Shown piece by piece: positions 17,748 to 27,316 of a stretch of 64,000 nucleotides of DNA; the stretch's first letter is position 1; every line of letters begins with the position of its first letter. The position numbers and the translations under genes were made by a program. Source of the stretch: Chloroflexota bacterium (GTDB lineage: Bacteria > Chloroflexota > Limnocylindria > Limnocylindrales > CSP1-4); the NCBI GenBank assembly GCA_003152995.1, contig PMBR01000089.1:45893-109892 (forward strand). Reading direction: 5' to 3'. The notes below the pieces were generated by a model. The model was not told the DNA's origin. It saw only the letters and a program-made list of their open reading frames with translations, and searched no databases.

Positions 17748-19588
17748 CCGGCCCGACTGCGCCCGAACGGCAGCCGACTTCGACCGGTCGTGGTATCACT
17801 CCCGTCGACGTGTCGGTGGGCGGCCCGGCCGCCGAGGCCGGCCAGAACGCCCGGTGGGGCGTCTTCGGACTCGCCGTCCGGTACGGCCACAACCTTGCCC
17901 TCGACGGGGTGACGCTCGAAGTTCCCGCGGGCATCATCACCGCCGTCGTCGGGGCCGACGGTTCGGGCAAGTCGACGCTCCTCAAGGCGCTCGCCGGAGC
18001 GGTCCGGCCCGAGGCAGGCGTGGTGAGGCGCCCCGATCGGCTTCACCTGGGCTTCGTCTCGACCGACCGCGGCGTCTACCGTGACCTGACGACGGTCGAG
18101 AACCTGAGCTTCGCCGGGCGGGCCTATGGGCTGCGCGACGAAGCGCTGGACGAGAAGATCGAAGCCACTCTGCGGCGAATCGGGCTCGTAGGCGCCGAGC
18201 GCCGGCTGGCGGCCCGTCTTTCCGGCGGCATGCGCCAGAAGCTCGCGGTGGCGATGGCCCTGCTCCACGACCCGGCGCTGCTCGTCCTGGACGAACCTAC
18301 GACCGGCATCGACCCGCTGAGCCGGGTCGAGCTCTGGGAACTGATCGCCGAGATCGCGGCGGACGGCACGGCAGTGGCGCTGGCAACCTCGTACGTCGAC
18401 GAGGCGGAGCGTGCCACGCGAGTCCTCGTGCTGTCCCAGGGGCGTCAGCTGGCCTCGGGCGCGCCCGAGGAGATAGTCGCGGCGATGCCGGGAACCGTCT
18501 GGACCTCGGACCGCTGGCTCGGCGGCCGCTCCTGGCGGCGCGGCGCAAGCTGGCGGACGTGGATCGATGCCGGCGCCGTGGTGCCGCCGGGGGCGACCCG
18601 GGCCGACGCCGACCTCGAGGACGCCCTCGTCGTGGCGGAGCTCCAGCGCGAGCCGGCGGGTGCAACTCTCGGAACGGCTGGCACCGGCGCGCCACGCGCC
18701 GCAGCCGACCCCGGGGCGGCTCCGCTGCTCACAGTCCGCGGCGTCGGCCGGCGATTCGGGCAGTTGGAGGCCTTGGCGGACGTGGATCTCGACGTCAAGC
18801 CGGGCGAGGTCGTTGGCTTGATCGGGGCCAACGGGGCGGGCAAGACCACGTTGATCCGCATCGCGCTGGGAGTCGTGCGGCCCACCGCCGGCGAGGCGTC
18901 GCTCTTTGGCGAGGCGCCGAGCCGCGAGATGCGCCGGCGCGTCGGGTACGTGCCCCAGGGGCTGGGACTCTACGACGACCTGACCGTCGCCGAGAACCTG
19001 TCGTTCGTGGCGCGGTCTTTCGGTGTCGCTGACGCACCGGCAACGGACCCGGAGGTGGCGTCATCCCGCGACCGCCTCGTCGGGGAGTTGCCCCTCGGAC
19101 TGCGCCGCCGCGTGGCCTTCGCCGCCACGCTGTCGCATCGCCCCGAACTGCTCGTCCTGGACGAACCCACTTCGGGCGTCGGGGCGCTGGCTCGGGCACG
19201 GCTCTGGGAAGTGATTCGGGCCGCCGCCGAGGGCGGCTCCGGCGTGCTCGTGACGACGCACTACATGAGCGAGGCGAGTCAGTGCGATCGCCTGGTGGTG
19301 CTTATGGCGGGGCGCGCGGCGGCCCGCGGCACGGCTGCGGAGATTGCGGGCGGCCTGGTCACGCAGGAGGTCCTTGCCGAGCCGTGGGATCGACCGTTCC
19401 GCGCCCTCAAGGACGCGGGCCTGCCAGTGGCCCTGGCCGGTCGCCGGATCCGCATCCCGGGCGCCGATCCGACCAGGGTTCGCGCCGCTCTGGCCGACGC
19501 CGGGATTGCGGCCGAGCTTCGTCCTTCGCCCGCAACCTTCGAGGAAGCCTTCGTCTTGCTCGCCCGCGGCGGGAAGGTGGCCGGCTGA
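17744..19588 (+). CDS. ABC exporter ATP-binding protein with two NBDs
   Basis: GADGSGKS/LSGGM/LDEPT and GANGAGKT/LPLG/LDEPT. Confidence 0.92.
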   Translation: MTGPTAPERQPTSTGRGITPVDVSVGGPAAEAGQNARWGVFGLAVRYGHNLALDGVTLEVPAGIITAVVGADGSGKSTLLKALAGAVRPEAGVVRRPDRLHLGFVSTDRGVYRDLTTVENLSFAGRAYGLRDEALDEKIEATLRRIGLVGAERRLAARLSGGMRQKLAVAMALLHDPALLVLDEPTTGIDPLSRVELWELIAEIAADGTAVALATSYVDEAERATRVLVLSQGRQLASGAPEEIVAAMPGTVWTSDRWLGGRSWRRGASWRTWIDAGAVVPPGATRADADLEDALVVAELQREPAGATLGTAGTGAPRAAADPGAAPLLTVRGVGRRFGQLEALADVDLDVKPGEVVGLIGANGAGKTTLIRIALGVVRPTAGEASLFGEAPSREMRRRVGYVPQGLGLYDDLTVAENLSFVARSFGVADAPATDPEVASSRDRLVGELPLGLRRRVAFAATLSHRPELLVLDEPTSGVGALARARLWEVIRAAAEGGSGVLVTTHYMSEASQCDRLVVLMAGRAAARGTAAEIAGGLVTQEVLAEPWDRPFRALKDAGLPVALAGRRIRIPGADPTRVRAALADAGIAAELRPSPATFEEAFVLLARGGKVAG

Positions 19589-20223
19589 TGGCGCGGACCG
19601 GCCGCCGACCTGCTCGACCAGCGGACGAGGAGGCGAGCGCCTCGCCGGACACCCGCTCTTCGATCCTCGCTGCCGCCCGGGCTGGCTTCGCGCTGAGCGG
19701 CTATGACGGCGCCTCGACGCGGGCCATTGCAGCCGCCGCCGGTGTCGACGCGGCATTGATCCACCACTACTTCGGCAGTAAGCAGCGCCTCTTCGTCGCC
19801 GCAATGGAGATCCCTTTCGACCCGGACGCGGTTCGGAGGGAGGTGGTCGGCGGACCTCGAGACACGGTCGGCGAGCGGATCGTCCGCTTCTTCCTGGATC
19901 TGTGGGAGGAGCCCGTGCGGCGTCAGATCCTGCTCGGGATGGTCCGCTCGGCGATGACCGATCCTGAGGCCGCGGCGATGGTCCGGCGACTGGTGATCGA
20001 AGGCACGGTCCTGCCGCTCGTGGCCGAAACGGGCGTCACGCAGTCCGCGATGCGGGCCACTCTCGTCGGCAGCCAGCTGATGGGCCTGGCTCTCATTCGC
20101 TACGTCCTGTGCGTCGAGCCCCTGGCCGGCACTCCCGTCGAGACGGTCGTTGCGGCCGTAGGACCGACGATCCAGCGTTACGTGACGGCCCCGATCGAAG
20201 GGCTACCGCCCGGCGCCGACTGA
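19588..20223 (+). CDS. TetR-family transcriptional regulator
   Basis: HTH STRAIAAAAGVDAALIHHYFGSK; TGATG coupling to the upstream gene. Confidence 0.92.
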   Translation: MARTGRRPARPADEEASASPDTRSSILAAARAGFALSGYDGASTRAIAAAAGVDAALIHHYFGSKQRLFVAAMEIPFDPDAVRREVVGGPRDTVGERIVRFFLDLWEEPVRRQILLGMVRSAMTDPEAAAMVRRLVIEGTVLPLVAETGVTQSAMRATLVGSQLMGLALIRYVLCVEPLAGTPVETVVAAVGPTIQRYVTAPIEGLPPGAD

Positions 20224-20331
20224 AGCGGCCGCTGAACGGGCGACCGCTCATCGGGCCGCCACGCCACCGGCCCGTGGCGCGCCGCCGGTGTCCTGCCGAA
20301 TCACGACCGCCCGCCAGAGAGTGGCTCCGGG

Positions 20332-22026
20332 TCAGTCGACGTCGCGCCGCCTCATGCCCCAGGCCCCGAGCATCAGCCCACCGACCGCAAGGACCAGGCA
20401 CGCCACGACCCCCGCCGGATCCCAGTTCCCGACCATCGTCTGCCCCAAATGGGACGTCAGCGCCAGCTGGTGGAACCAGTCGGGCAGATTCAGCGGCGGA
20501 GCGAGGAAGTCGATCAGGAAGGTGGCGATGACGAAGGTGGCCGCGATTTCGCCGGCCATCGTGTTGCGGAACAGGCCACCGACGGCGAAGCCGACACCTG
20601 CCGCCGCCGCCGCATACAGCCCGATAATCAGGCCGCCTGCCACCGGCGTCAGCACGTCGCCGCTCGCGGACGCGACGCCGACCGCAACCCCGAGCATGGC
20701 CAGTCCGGTCATCACAACGATGGCTCCGAAGACGCCGATCCCGCCTGCGATCGCCCAGCGCGCCCGACCCAGCGGGCTCGCAAGGAGCAACTCGAGCCGG
20801 TGGCCGTTCTCATCCGAAGCCCAGCCGGACACGAACCCAGCGGCGGCCAGGCCGGCCACCACATAACCGATGTACGCGTAGAGCAACTGCAGGAAGCCGC
20901 CGCCCGAGGTGATGTCGTAACCCTTGAAGACGGTCGTGAGTAGCTTTGTCGTGTCGGGCGAGTTCGTCAGGGTATCCGCGAAGGACTTGCTGGACGCCGC
21001 AATCAGGGCCGCGAAAGCTGCCAGACCGAGCCCCCATGCCAACGCCTGGGGCAGCCGCTCGCCAAAGGAGCGGCCTGTCGGACCGCGCACGCCCAGCAGA
21101 GCGCCTGGCATGGCGGGCACCGGGATGGCGCTGGTGGAACCGAGATCGCGTCGATCGAACGCCCAGACACCGACGGCGAACAGGACCACCACGACGATTG
21201 CGACCGGCACTAGGGAAAGCCAGTCGTATTGCGCGGCGAGGGGGAGATGACTCGCGGTCCAGTGGAACCACGAGAAGTCCGCCGGTATCTGCAGTGCGGG
21301 CACCGAGGCCGAGTAACCGCTGACCGCATAGCCGCCCAGCAGGAACGCTCCAGCCACGCCGGCGGCGCTGGCGCGGCCAACGAAAGGTGCGAGCGCCCAT
21401 GCCACCGAACCGGAGACGAGGCCGATGAGCGCAACCCAAAGGGCGAAGCCGACGGCCGCCTCGACCGGCAGTGCATCGCCGGGGACGGTGGCGAAGCCCT
21501 GTGTGCCGGCATAGGTGACTATTGCCAGGAACGCGCAGGCGGCGACCATCCCGGTAACGTGCGCGGCCAGCTTCTCGAGAGCTATTCGCCGCTTGCCGAA
21601 CGGCGCCGCCGCGACCATGTCAAGACTGCCGCGGTTCGCTTCCGAGGCCAACGTTCCGGACAGAGCCATGATCGACCACAGCCCGGCGATCATCCCGAAG
21701 AACGGTCCGTACTTCCACGACAGGTAGCCGCCCAGCGTCCCGATGTTGACGGGGTTGTTCGTGAGGCCCTTGAACGCCTCGGGCATGCTGTTCACGAAGT
21801 TCGCCATATCCACACGGGACGCCGGGGTCGGGTAGGCGCTGGCGATGGCATAGGCCCCGGCCAGCATCATCCCGCCCATGAGCCCGGCGACGATCAAGAA
21901 CGCCATGCGCGAGTCGCGGATGGTCTTGGCATAGATGCTGCCGAAGCCGTAGAAGCGGCTCCAGGGCGAAACGGTGGCCGTCCGCCCGAGCGGTCCGAGC
22001 GGCGGGCGGCCCGCTTCGACGGCCAT
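20332..22026 (-). CDS. ABC transporter permease (duplicated membrane domain, antibiotic-exporter type)
   Basis: About 12 TM segments; two EANRGSLD/DENGHRLE-type motifs; coupled to the ATPase gene. Confidence 0.85.
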   Translation of the reverse strand: MAVEAGRPPLGPLGRTATVSPWSRFYGFGSIYAKTIRDSRMAFLIVAGLMGGMMLAGAYAIASAYPTPASRVDMANFVNSMPEAFKGLTNNPVNIGTLGGYLSWKYGPFFGMIAGLWSIMALSGTLASEANRGSLDMVAAAPFGKRRIALEKLAAHVTGMVAACAFLAIVTYAGTQGFATVPGDALPVEAAVGFALWVALIGLVSGSVAWALAPFVGRASAAGVAGAFLLGGYAVSGYSASVPALQIPADFSWFHWTASHLPLAAQYDWLSLVPVAIVVVVLFAVGVWAFDRRDLGSTSAIPVPAMPGALLGVRGPTGRSFGERLPQALAWGLGLAAFAALIAASSKSFADTLTNSPDTTKLLTTVFKGYDITSGGGFLQLLYAYIGYVVAGLAAAGFVSGWASDENGHRLELLLASPLGRARWAIAGGIGVFGAIVVMTGLAMLGVAVGVASASGDVLTPVAGGLIIGLYAAAAAGVGFAVGGLFRNTMAGEIAATFVIATFLIDFLAPPLNLPDWFHQLALTSHLGQTMVGNWDPAGVVACLVLAVGGLMLGAWGMRRRDVD

Positions 22027-22928
22027 CACTTCACCTCGGTGGTCTCGCGGCCGTACTGGGCCAGGAACGTCTCTTCGAGGCTCGGCTCGCGGCTCAGGAA
22101 GTCGGTCACGCCCAGGCGGGCCGCGGCCTGGACCACGGGCGTGATGGGGCCGAGGACGCGCAGTTTGAGCCTGTGATCCTCGACCTCGACGTCGCTGACG
22201 CCGGCCAGTTCCTTGAACTCCGCGGTCGGCGGATCGCCCGCGAACCGGAGTTCGACCTGATGGTGGGCCAGATCGCGCAGCGCATCCACGCGGTCGACCC
22301 GGACAATGCGACCGTCACGGATGATGGCCACGCGGTCGCAGCTCCGTTCGACCTCACTCAGGATGTGGCTCGAAAGAAAGACCGTCCCGCCGTCGGCCAC
22401 TCGCTCGCGCAGCAGCGAGAAGAAGGTCTGCTGGACGAGAGGATCCAGCCCGGAGGTTGGCTCATCGAGGAGGAGCAATTCGGGCTTGTTCTGCAGCGCG
22501 GCGACGAGGCCGACCTTCTGCTTGTTGCCCTTCGAGTATTCACGGAAGCGGCGGCTCGGGTCGAGATCGAACCGCTCGATCAGCTGGGCCTGGTAGGCAC
22601 CATCCACGCCGCCGCGCAGGTTGCCGAAGTATTGGAGCGTCTGTCCGCCCGTGAGTCGGTCGTACAGCGCGAACTCGCCGGGCAGGTAGCCGAGCCGGCG
22701 GTGGATCGCCGCCGGGTCGGCCGAAGACTCGATCTCGAAGACGTATGCCTTGCCGCTGGTCGGACGAATCAGGTCGAGCAGGAGGCGGATGGTCGTCGTC
22801 TTGCCGGCGCCGTTTGGCCCGAGGAAGCCAAAAACCTCGCCCTTGTCGACCTCGAGGTCCACGTCGACGATTCCGCGGTGCGAACCGTAGAACTTGGTGA
22901 GTTTCTCGGTTCGAATGACGGCGGCCAT
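22026..22928 (-). CDS. ABC transporter ATP-binding protein
   Basis: AAGGAG RBS; GPNGAGKTT, YSKGNKQK, LLLDEPTSGLDP. Confidence 0.93.
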   Translation of the reverse strand: MAAVIRTEKLTKFYGSHRGIVDVDLEVDKGEVFGFLGPNGAGKTTTIRLLLDLIRPTSGKAYVFEIESSADPAAIHRRLGYLPGEFALYDRLTGGQTLQYFGNLRGGVDGAYQAQLIERFDLDPSRRFREYSKGNKQKVGLVAALQNKPELLLLDEPTSGLDPLVQQTFFSLLRERVADGGTVFLSSHILSEVERSCDRVAIIRDGRIVRVDRVDALRDLAHHQVELRFAGDPPTAEFKELAGVSDVEVEDHRLKLRVLGPITPVVQAAARLGVTDFLSREPSLEETFLAQYGRETTEVK

Positions 22929-23034
22929 GCGGCTCCTTGATAACGAGGATTCGTTCCCGAATTCTCGTCCTTTCGGAGCTTCCGGTCCACGGCCCAGCCG
23001 GTCGACCCGACCGGGCCGCAACACCTCGCCGTTG

Positions 23035-23973
23035 TCAGCCGCCGATCGACGTCCCGCAGACGACATCTCCGCTGACGTGGATCGTGTGTGTCTTCGCGCC
23101 CTTGGCGACATTCTGTTCCAGGAGGTCGCCGTCGACGTGGGCTCCGTTCGCCGTCAGCGTCGCCTGCGCCGTACTCGTGTTCCGATAGAACCCATCGCCG
23201 GACAACGACGCGCTCATCGTGCCGGGAGAGACGAAGAAGACCACATACGTTGGAGTCGAGCCGACCTGGACGACGCCCAGGACCGAGACGCTCTGGCCGT
23301 AGGTGTTCGTGACGCACTCGACGTTGACCGGACTCAGACCTCCGCTGAGCATCCCTTTGGGCGTGGGCCCGCTGAACGCGGCGGTGGAGGAGCCCGGCAT
23401 CTGGTTGCCACAGTCCACGGTGCCACTGATGGAGGTGAAGACGCCGAGGCTGCCGTGGGCGTCGTTGTTCGGCACCTCGGTCAGCTGCGAATCAATCGTG
23501 GCGCCGGTGGCGGCGTCGAACTTGGTGACACCGGTCCCGGCGAAATCACGCTCGATGTATGTCGATCCGGATCCCGAGTCGTACCGCACGCTGACGCTGC
23601 CGGCCTGCACGAAGATGTAGACCGACAGGTTCGGGTCCGCCGGCCGGCCCAGGACGCTGATCTGCAGACCATCGGTCGACGGCAGGCTGCACCGAACCCC
23701 GGCGCTGCTCACAGCGACGGCCGTCCCAGCCGAGCCGGTCAGCGTCAGTTGCTGTGTTGCCGGTCCCAGGGTCGGCGCTGGAGTGGCGACAGGGATGGGC
23801 GTGCTCGTCGGAACCGCATTCGCGGTTGCGGTCGCGGTCGCTCCTGCGGCGGTGGCGACCGGGGCCGGCGTCGTGGCCGAGCCTGAGCAGGCCGCCACGA
23901 GCAGACCGGCCGCCAGAAACAGGATTGAGGCGTGCCGCGACGGGGCGGCCGGACGAATCCCACTCGGGGCCAT
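23035..23973 (-). CDS. Hypothetical lipoprotein with Ala/Thr/Pro linker and beta-rich, internally duplicated body
   Basis: AGGAGG RBS; lipobox LVAAC; two halves ending SGTVDCG and SGDVVCG. Confidence 0.75.
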   Translation of the reverse strand: MAPSGIRPAAPSRHASILFLAAGLLVAACSGSATTPAPVATAAGATATATANAVPTSTPIPVATPAPTLGPATQQLTLTGSAGTAVAVSSAGVRCSLPSTDGLQISVLGRPADPNLSVYIFVQAGSVSVRYDSGSGSTYIERDFAGTGVTKFDAATGATIDSQLTEVPNNDAHGSLGVFTSISGTVDCGNQMPGSSTAAFSGPTPKGMLSGGLSPVNVECVTNTYGQSVSVLGVVQVGSTPTYVVFFVSPGTMSASLSGDGFYRNTSTAQATLTANGAHVDGDLLEQNVAKGAKTHTIHVSGDVVCGTSIGG

Positions 23974-24317
23974 GAGTCCTCCTGTAGCCGGCACTGCGCC
24001 GGAGTGCAATTCGATGGGCTACTCCCTGTCTACTCCTATCGGCAGGCACTCGCCCGTGCGGATGGGCTGAGTGCGAGGCGCGCAACGTACGGGAGAGGGC
24101 CAGCCAGAACAGGTGGGCCGCAGAGCTCACGGCAGGCGGTGTGCGGTGCACGAACGCGCCAGAGAATCGCGCCACTCGCGCCAGGCCGGGTCACGTCGCG
24201 GCCGCGGCTGACACGCTGGCTCCTCGAGGCTATTGCGGTGCCGGAGTAACAGGGTAGGATGCACCGGGATGCGTTGAGGTAGGCGCGTTCCTTCTTGTCT
24301 TGGCAGGAGGATCCGGA

Positions 24318-26252
24318 TTGATCACGGGGGACGGCAAGGTGGGCTGGCGTTCCAAGCTGGCGATCGAGATCCGCTTGATCGACAAACGGGCGCTTTGGGG
24401 CGGCGGCGCGGCGCTTCTGGCCGTTGCTGCGCTGGGAGCCGCCTCCAATGTGCTCGGTCTCCCGATCGCGGGTGCCCCATCGACGCTCATGTCGGTCGTC
24501 GCGGCAGATCTGGGCCTCGTGCTGGTAGCCCTCGGCCTGCTGGCTCCGACCGAGCATGCGACGACTGCGACTGGAGTCTCCGAAGCCGAGGCGGCGCCCA
24601 CGGCCGCGTCCGCCGACGTTCTTCCGGTCGAACCGGAGCCCGTCGCCGTCCGCCTCAAGGCCCGCAGACCCGCCGCTGCCCGGCTGGCGCCCGCCGACGA
24701 GAAGCGCTACCGCGAGCTGGAGATATTTGCCGGGCGCGGTCCGGTCCCGCCCTCCGCCCTCGACGCTCTTTGGGAATCGCAAGGCCTCTCTCCCGAGGGA
24801 GTCGCTCGGTTGAGCGCCGAGCTCATCGACCGCTCGCTGGTCGGGCGCGGGGACGACGGCCTGCTTGTCGGCGGCGAGCCGTCGGGCGCGAGAAGTCTTG
24901 TCGCGGCCCACGGCCGTCTGGTCGATGGCTACCGATCTCGCTGCACCGACGGATCGTGGTCGCAGGGCCCGGACGACGGATACTTCTTCGACAACATCAC
25001 GTACCACATGGCGCAGGCAAATCGAGCCCAGGAGCTAAATCGCCTGCTCCTCGATTACGACTGGCTTCGCGCGAAGCTTGCCGTCCGCGGCATCATCAGA
25101 CTCCTCGCCGACTTTGCACAGCAGCCCATGACGGCCGACGTCGAGGCGGTCGACCGCGCGCTCGTGCTTTCGGCTGCCTGCCTTGCGGCTCGTCCGGACC
25201 GCTTGGCCTCAAACCTGGCAAGCCGGCTCGTTGGCTCGCCCAGCCCCGGAATCGATCGCCTGCTCGGAGAAATGCGCGAACGTGCCCCAAGGCCCTGGAT
25301 TTGCCCGGTCTCGCCGGCACAGACCTCGTCCCGCAAGTCCCCGCAGCGTGAAATGCTCCGCCATGACGGCCCGGTCCGAGCGCTGGCGATCACACCGGAT
25401 GGACGCCGCCTGATTACGGGCGGCGACGATCACACGATCCGGATCTGTGACCTGGCGACCGGCCGGCTCGAACGCACGCTGCGAGGGCACACGGATTCGG
25501 TGCGGGCAGTGGCGGTGACTCCGGACGGCCGTCGCATCGTTTCGGGCGGCGCCTATGACACCGTTCGGGTTTGGGACCTGGCCAGCGGCCAGTTCGTACA
25601 CGCGATTGCGGGTCAGGGCGGATACCGCGCAGTGAATGCGGTGGCGGTGGCGCCCGACGGTGGAAAGATCGTCTGGGGCGGCGCGGGCGCCGCCGTCCAG
25701 GTGTGGGACCTCACGAACGGCCGGGTCGAACACACGATCACAAGCGACGATCCCACGGTCCGAACGGTGGCGATCACACCGAACGGCCAGTTCGTCCTTT
25801 CTGGGGGCGACGGCGGCACGATCCAGGTGTGGGACCTCGCGAGCGGGCGGCTGGTCCGCGCCATCGACGGCCACACCAGTCCCGTGTTCTCGGTCGCGGT
25901 TACCCCCGACGGGAGTCGGGTCGTCTCGGGCGGCCACGACAACACCGTCAAGGTCTGGGAGCTCGATAGCGGCCGGCTGGAACTGACGCTCTGGGGTCAC
26001 ACCGGACCGGTGGACAAGCTGGCGGTTACGCCGGACGGCAAGCGGATCGTCTCCGGCGGTCAGGACAAGCAGGTCCGGATCTGGGATATGTCCAGCGGCC
26101 AGGCGATCGCCTCCTGGAACCCCGATCCAGACCCGGAATCCGGGCCCGGCGCCACAATCATGGCTCTCTGCCCGGTTCCGAAGGATCCCACGCGGGTCGT
26201 TTGCGGCGATTCCGCCGGCGGCGTTCAGGTCCTTCGGCTGCTCGAGGCGTAG
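24318..26252 (+). CDS. Membrane-anchored WD40-repeat protein with STAND/Apaf-1-like winged-helix and helical domains
   Basis: AGGAGG RBS + TTG 24318; two N-terminal TM helices; about 7 WD40 repeats (GHTDSVRAVAVTPDG..VWDL). Confidence 0.85.
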   Translation: MITGDGKVGWRSKLAIEIRLIDKRALWGGGAALLAVAALGAASNVLGLPIAGAPSTLMSVVAADLGLVLVALGLLAPTEHATTATGVSEAEAAPTAASADVLPVEPEPVAVRLKARRPAAARLAPADEKRYRELEIFAGRGPVPPSALDALWESQGLSPEGVARLSAELIDRSLVGRGDDGLLVGGEPSGARSLVAAHGRLVDGYRSRCTDGSWSQGPDDGYFFDNITYHMAQANRAQELNRLLLDYDWLRAKLAVRGIIRLLADFAQQPMTADVEAVDRALVLSAACLAARPDRLASNLASRLVGSPSPGIDRLLGEMRERAPRPWICPVSPAQTSSRKSPQREMLRHDGPVRALAITPDGRRLITGGDDHTIRICDLATGRLERTLRGHTDSVRAVAVTPDGRRIVSGGAYDTVRVWDLASGQFVHAIAGQGGYRAVNAVAVAPDGGKIVWGGAGAAVQVWDLTNGRVEHTITSDDPTVRTVAITPNGQFVLSGGDGGTIQVWDLASGRLVRAIDGHTSPVFSVAVTPDGSRVVSGGHDNTVKVWELDSGRLELTLWGHTGPVDKLAVTPDGKRIVSGGQDKQVRIWDMSSGQAIASWNPDPDPESGPGATIMALCPVPKDPTRVVCGDSAGGVQVLRLLEA

Positions 26253-26500
26253 ATCCGCGCCGCTGCCCGAAGAGTCTCGAGATGTCCTGAGGGCGGGCGG
26301 GCTTGTCCGCACTCGGCGACAAACCCGTTCCTGGCGGGCGCGGCCCGTCTCACGAGGCAGTTCGAGCGTCGCGTTGCCGGCCGCGCGCGGGTAGCCTCTG
26401 AGGATCCAACGACGGGCCAGCCGTGCGGTCTGGGACGACTGCTCGCGCGGAGCCCCAGGAGCAAGCCGTGCTTGGTTCACTCGGGAGAGGCGACCTGTCG

Positions 26501-27166
26501 ATGACGCGTCGATGGCGCGTGCTAATCGTTGCCTCCGTCGCCCTGGTGGTGGCCGCCTATCCGAGCGCAACGGCCCCGTCGTCGGTTCCACTCTCCTACG
26601 TGGCCGGCATCACAGCGACGCCGCTCCCCTCTTCGACGACAGCGCCGACTCTCGCAACCACTGCCGTGCCGGCGGTGGCCGCGTCCCCGACGGAGACCCA
26701 GATCTCGCCGCCCACCAGCGCTCAGACGGGGTCAACACCGGCGCCGCAGCCGCTCTGCAGCGCCTCGCAGCTCCGGGCCGCGGTCAGCGTTTGGACGACT
26801 GCCCCGGGCGTCACCACGGGGCGCGTCGTTGCCACAAATGTGTCCACGACACTTTGCTACATGCGCGGCGAAGCCCAAGCCCAGATGGTCGACGGCGTCG
26901 GGCACGTCCTCGCCGACTCGGGCGCGGCGTCCGCGCGAATAGCGTCCGACGACCCCTACTACGCGTTGGGTCCGGGCGACCGAATTGGCACCACGGTGGA
27001 ATGGGGCAACTGGTGCCCGAGAGGACCATCCCAGCCGGTGACGATTGCATTCGTCCTGCCTCTTGACCTGGGTCGGTTCGTCTCGAGCACCGGCCCTCAT
27101 ACCCCGGTTCCGACCTGCACGGGGTCGGACGACACGACCGCCAGTTCCGCCAGGTGGACGCCTTAG
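26501..27166 (+). CDS. Secreted DUF4232-like protein (paralogue 1)
   Basis: Signal peptide, Thr/Pro linker, LCSASQL..ATNVS..CYMRG..WGNWC. Confidence 0.7.
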   Translation: MTRRWRVLIVASVALVVAAYPSATAPSSVPLSYVAGITATPLPSSTTAPTLATTAVPAVAASPTETQISPPTSAQTGSTPAPQPLCSASQLRAAVSVWTTAPGVTTGRVVATNVSTTLCYMRGEAQAQMVDGVGHVLADSGAASARIASDDPYYALGPGDRIGTTVEWGNWCPRGPSQPVTIAFVLPLDLGRFVSSTGPHTPVPTCTGSDDTTASSARWTP

Positions 27167-27316
27167 CCGCTGGATCGCCCGGACGTCTCACCGCGCAGCC
27201 CGATCGACATATTCGAAAGTGCGGCGGCTCCGCGCGAACAAGAATTCGAAGACTCCGATCCAAATGCGTCCCAGGGAACCCCGGAGAGCGGTGATCGGCA
27301 GCCGGGAGAAGCGTCG

